From the IMG/VR virus record IMGVR_UViG_3300043775_003319, positions 1 through 59,030 of that record: a stretch of 59,030 nucleotides of DNA; one strand, 5' to 3'. Under the pieces are notes generated by a model. It was not told the origin of the DNA and searched no databases. It saw only the letters and a program-made list of their open reading frames with translations. The position numbers were made by a program, and so were the translations under genes. Source of the DNA: a virus (Duplodnaviria > Caudoviricetes). This document shows, in pieces, positions 57,801 through 59,030 of this stretch. Position 1 is the stretch's first letter; every line of letters starts with the position of its first letter.

Positions 57801-59030
57801 GAAGACATTGCAAGTGTTTTTGATTTGTCAGCAATTGACGGAACAGTTCTTGGTATTTTTAAAGATAGAGTAATTTATCTAAACGATTCTATATTGTCAA
57901 AAGGTGTAGTATACCATGAAGCATTTCACGGTGTATTTAGATATTTAATGACTTCTGAACAAAGAGCAAAACTTATTGATGTAGTATCGTCAAACAAAAA
58001 ATATAAAAAAGCATTTACAGAAGCATCATTAAAGAAATTTGCAAGTGAAAGAAACTATGTATATAATTATGAGAAAATGTTTCAGTTACAAGCTGAAGAA
58101 ATTCTTGCAGATGGTTTCCAAAACTACATGAATAAAAATACAAAACCACAAGGTCTTGTAGCAAAATTATTCGAAATACTTAAAAAATTAATTGACATGT
58201 TTACTCAAAAAGGTAACCTTGTTGATAGTACTTATAAAGATATTCAAAGAGGATATTATAGTAAAATGCAAATCCAATCTAATATTTATGATGGACAAGC
58301 TGCCTATGAATTAATACCAGGTTTGAAAAAAATTATTAATGACAAATATACTGCATCAGGAGTTAGTCAATCTCCATCTGTATTGTTAAAAGCTGATCAA
58401 AATCAGTTAGTAAACATGATGACTAAATACATAGTTGAAAATAGATCTAGTCAAACATTTGATGAAAAGTTTAAAACTGCACAAAGATTGCTTCTTACTA
58501 AAGTTTATAATCTTGATGAATTACTCAAAAAGAATTCAAATACAAAAGAATATCCAAACAGAGAAGAAGAATTTATTAAATCAAAGGGTGATATTATATC
58601 TCAGTACAGATTTATGTTAGGAGCTAGAGCAACTGGTGAAACTATTTACGATATTAATACTACTGAAAATAATAAGTATGATAAGCAATTATTACCTAAT
58701 AAAGTAAAACAGTATGAAGCTGATCCTTTAGATAACAGTCTTGGACAAGTTTCTACTGAAATATTAAAAAAACTTGTTAAGAAAAAAACTCAAGAACTAT
58801 ACTCAATTTTAGATGGTTCTGGTGACACACTCGATGTACAATTATTATTAAAAGAACTTGCTGGTGAAAATGAAAAAAAATCAGAAGTTGATGAAGATTA
58901 CGCAAACTCAGAAGAAGTATCTGATGATGTAAATTTTGATGAAGGATTTGGTGAACACAATAGATTAGATTCTGCACCAAGACAAATTAGAAGATTTCTT
59001 GCTATTATTAATTATGAACAAGAAGATACT
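54855..59030 (+). CDS. Giant virion protein (5' part, at least 1392 aa) with a zincin-like metallopeptidase motif; truncated by the window edge
   Basis: ATG at 54855 (MKQCEITTGQ); the same frame gives YHEAFHGVF at ~57912 and AEEILADGF, and is open at 59030. Spot-checked rather than read codon by codon; its absence from the ORF track fits having no stop. Confidence 0.82.
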   Translation, partial: MKQCEITTGQYVSIVKNLIKLNPNEYRNFDKTAEFILKSGLSTNEKSLSLFSISEIYIGLNELDGSFYQLGNALKVADAKLLLPTPDKFIASVSTLYNVKKSPVLKAEVIEKKIQQLSELNAITEGDLKGSDGVLTVIKNYFNTHEFESLEEREEVLKSISSELKNVIRELDTTASQKEFLLSRIDSVITSLDKKSDFISIRDIASLAELDNNIVTLKNNQIVEAVAKPEGLFTTDEFGNERKIEDSEMLSSKSARNDDYSRSNTGQQEFFEDTITSNFKIQPVENDVFLKQKIEEKLKKMGDNPSAGVRIFAVQLSGVGDERLNRIQELASNPKYKGLANRTYETFENETQINYLKSTSKGTVITVARPQKSESKFALMGEIIGTGEKFYLYPLDNYVFLNSDNTTVKIDFSNPVHLAKVKELSIKTLNDKTQTELSEDDLLNMKNAFEVYKGFKENLETIVEPQFSEDVTSVDVTEQFFSQYNLGTTTFGKKQVYDLKDEIEEDPALSRKLIIATIDTAGDIIKQEERNVIFAFTKISDRKDAQGNYPEKAEQNQYQLQNTLNDNERIVVVNELGEIEDTVTQQYYLDSYLKINDAYIKNEIFKGKGYETQSHIIIRFNNKGTHGWRVVEPVNIMGQLEGFATFITTLADVLNAPDKQSQLNKFNRNVYAFKSFASKSGKVELYVNFASSPQISGKSYLQVEVRPANKKSDSKYGFIETNKGFFNFPLVEEEGKIKTLANTLRGNTSLVQNVVAENVIFSELDLNKPKDLAKFYSLVNELSKDSNPSENVINLIDAVKKQQHAFGEILSQKVVGKLLENGEKFPGFLENFNEDYPNPEHLVVDIDEEGNKISRVVFGQFNNTQARRDYEKNATSFKIKDISKKRLVITSKTPSAKSTPVVNKGPLEVTNHPVENIPISQPLSSSEYTEETAANIIDLTDDIPENELFSISNTEVQTETKAERQKAVQWLQKILPQFGISSEDIASVFDLSAIDGTVLGIFKDRVIYLNDSILSKGVVYHEAFHGVFRYLMTSEQRAKLIDVVSSNKKYKKAFTEASLKKFASERNYVYNYEKMFQLQAEEILADGFQNYMNKNTKPQGLVAKLFEILKKLIDMFTQKGNLVDSTYKDIQRGYYSKMQIQSNIYDGQAAYELIPGLKKIINDKYTASGVSQSPSVLLKADQNQLVNMMTKYIVENRSSQTFDEKFKTAQRLLLTKVYNLDELLKKNSNTKEYPNREEEFIKSKGDIISQYRFMLGARATGETIYDINTTENNKYDKQLLPNKVKQYEADPLDNSLGQVSTEILKKLVKKKTQELYSILDGSGDTLDVQLLLKELAGENEKKSEVDEDYANSEEVSDDVNFDEGFGEHNRLDSAPRQIRRFLAIINYEQEDT

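Noticed and set aside
1-59030. Stop-codon reassignment as seen in some crAss-like phages
   Set aside because: Genes up to 5.7 kb are open and densely tiled in code 11, with no fragmentation at TAG or TGA and no suppressor tRNA.

Overview
The window is 59 kb of an AT-rich, large dsDNA phage genome with crAss-like (Crassvirales-type) gene order, probably infecting a Bacteroidota host. From left to right it contains: (1) short leftward genes separated by a repeated hairpin, then a G-rich non-coding stretch; (2) a divergent host-type promoter pair; (3) a rightward accessory block with a putative Acb2/Tad1-like protein, GroES-like protein, PhoH, tRNA-Met, tmRNA, HU-like protein and PD-(D/E)XK nuclease; (4) the packaging and capsid module (terminase, portal, major capsid protein); (5) Cys-rich fibre-like genes, a metallophosphoesterase, ring/tubular proteins and a tail stabilisation gene apparently split in two; (6) very large cargo-type proteins, the last running off the right edge. 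The most notable unexplained signal is a recurrent di-glycine motif ([K/Q/E]-x-G-G, often as a bipartite linker) that divides three consecutive large proteins into modules and suggests a polyprotein processing or packaging code. All family assignments come from motif recognition and gene order, not database searches.
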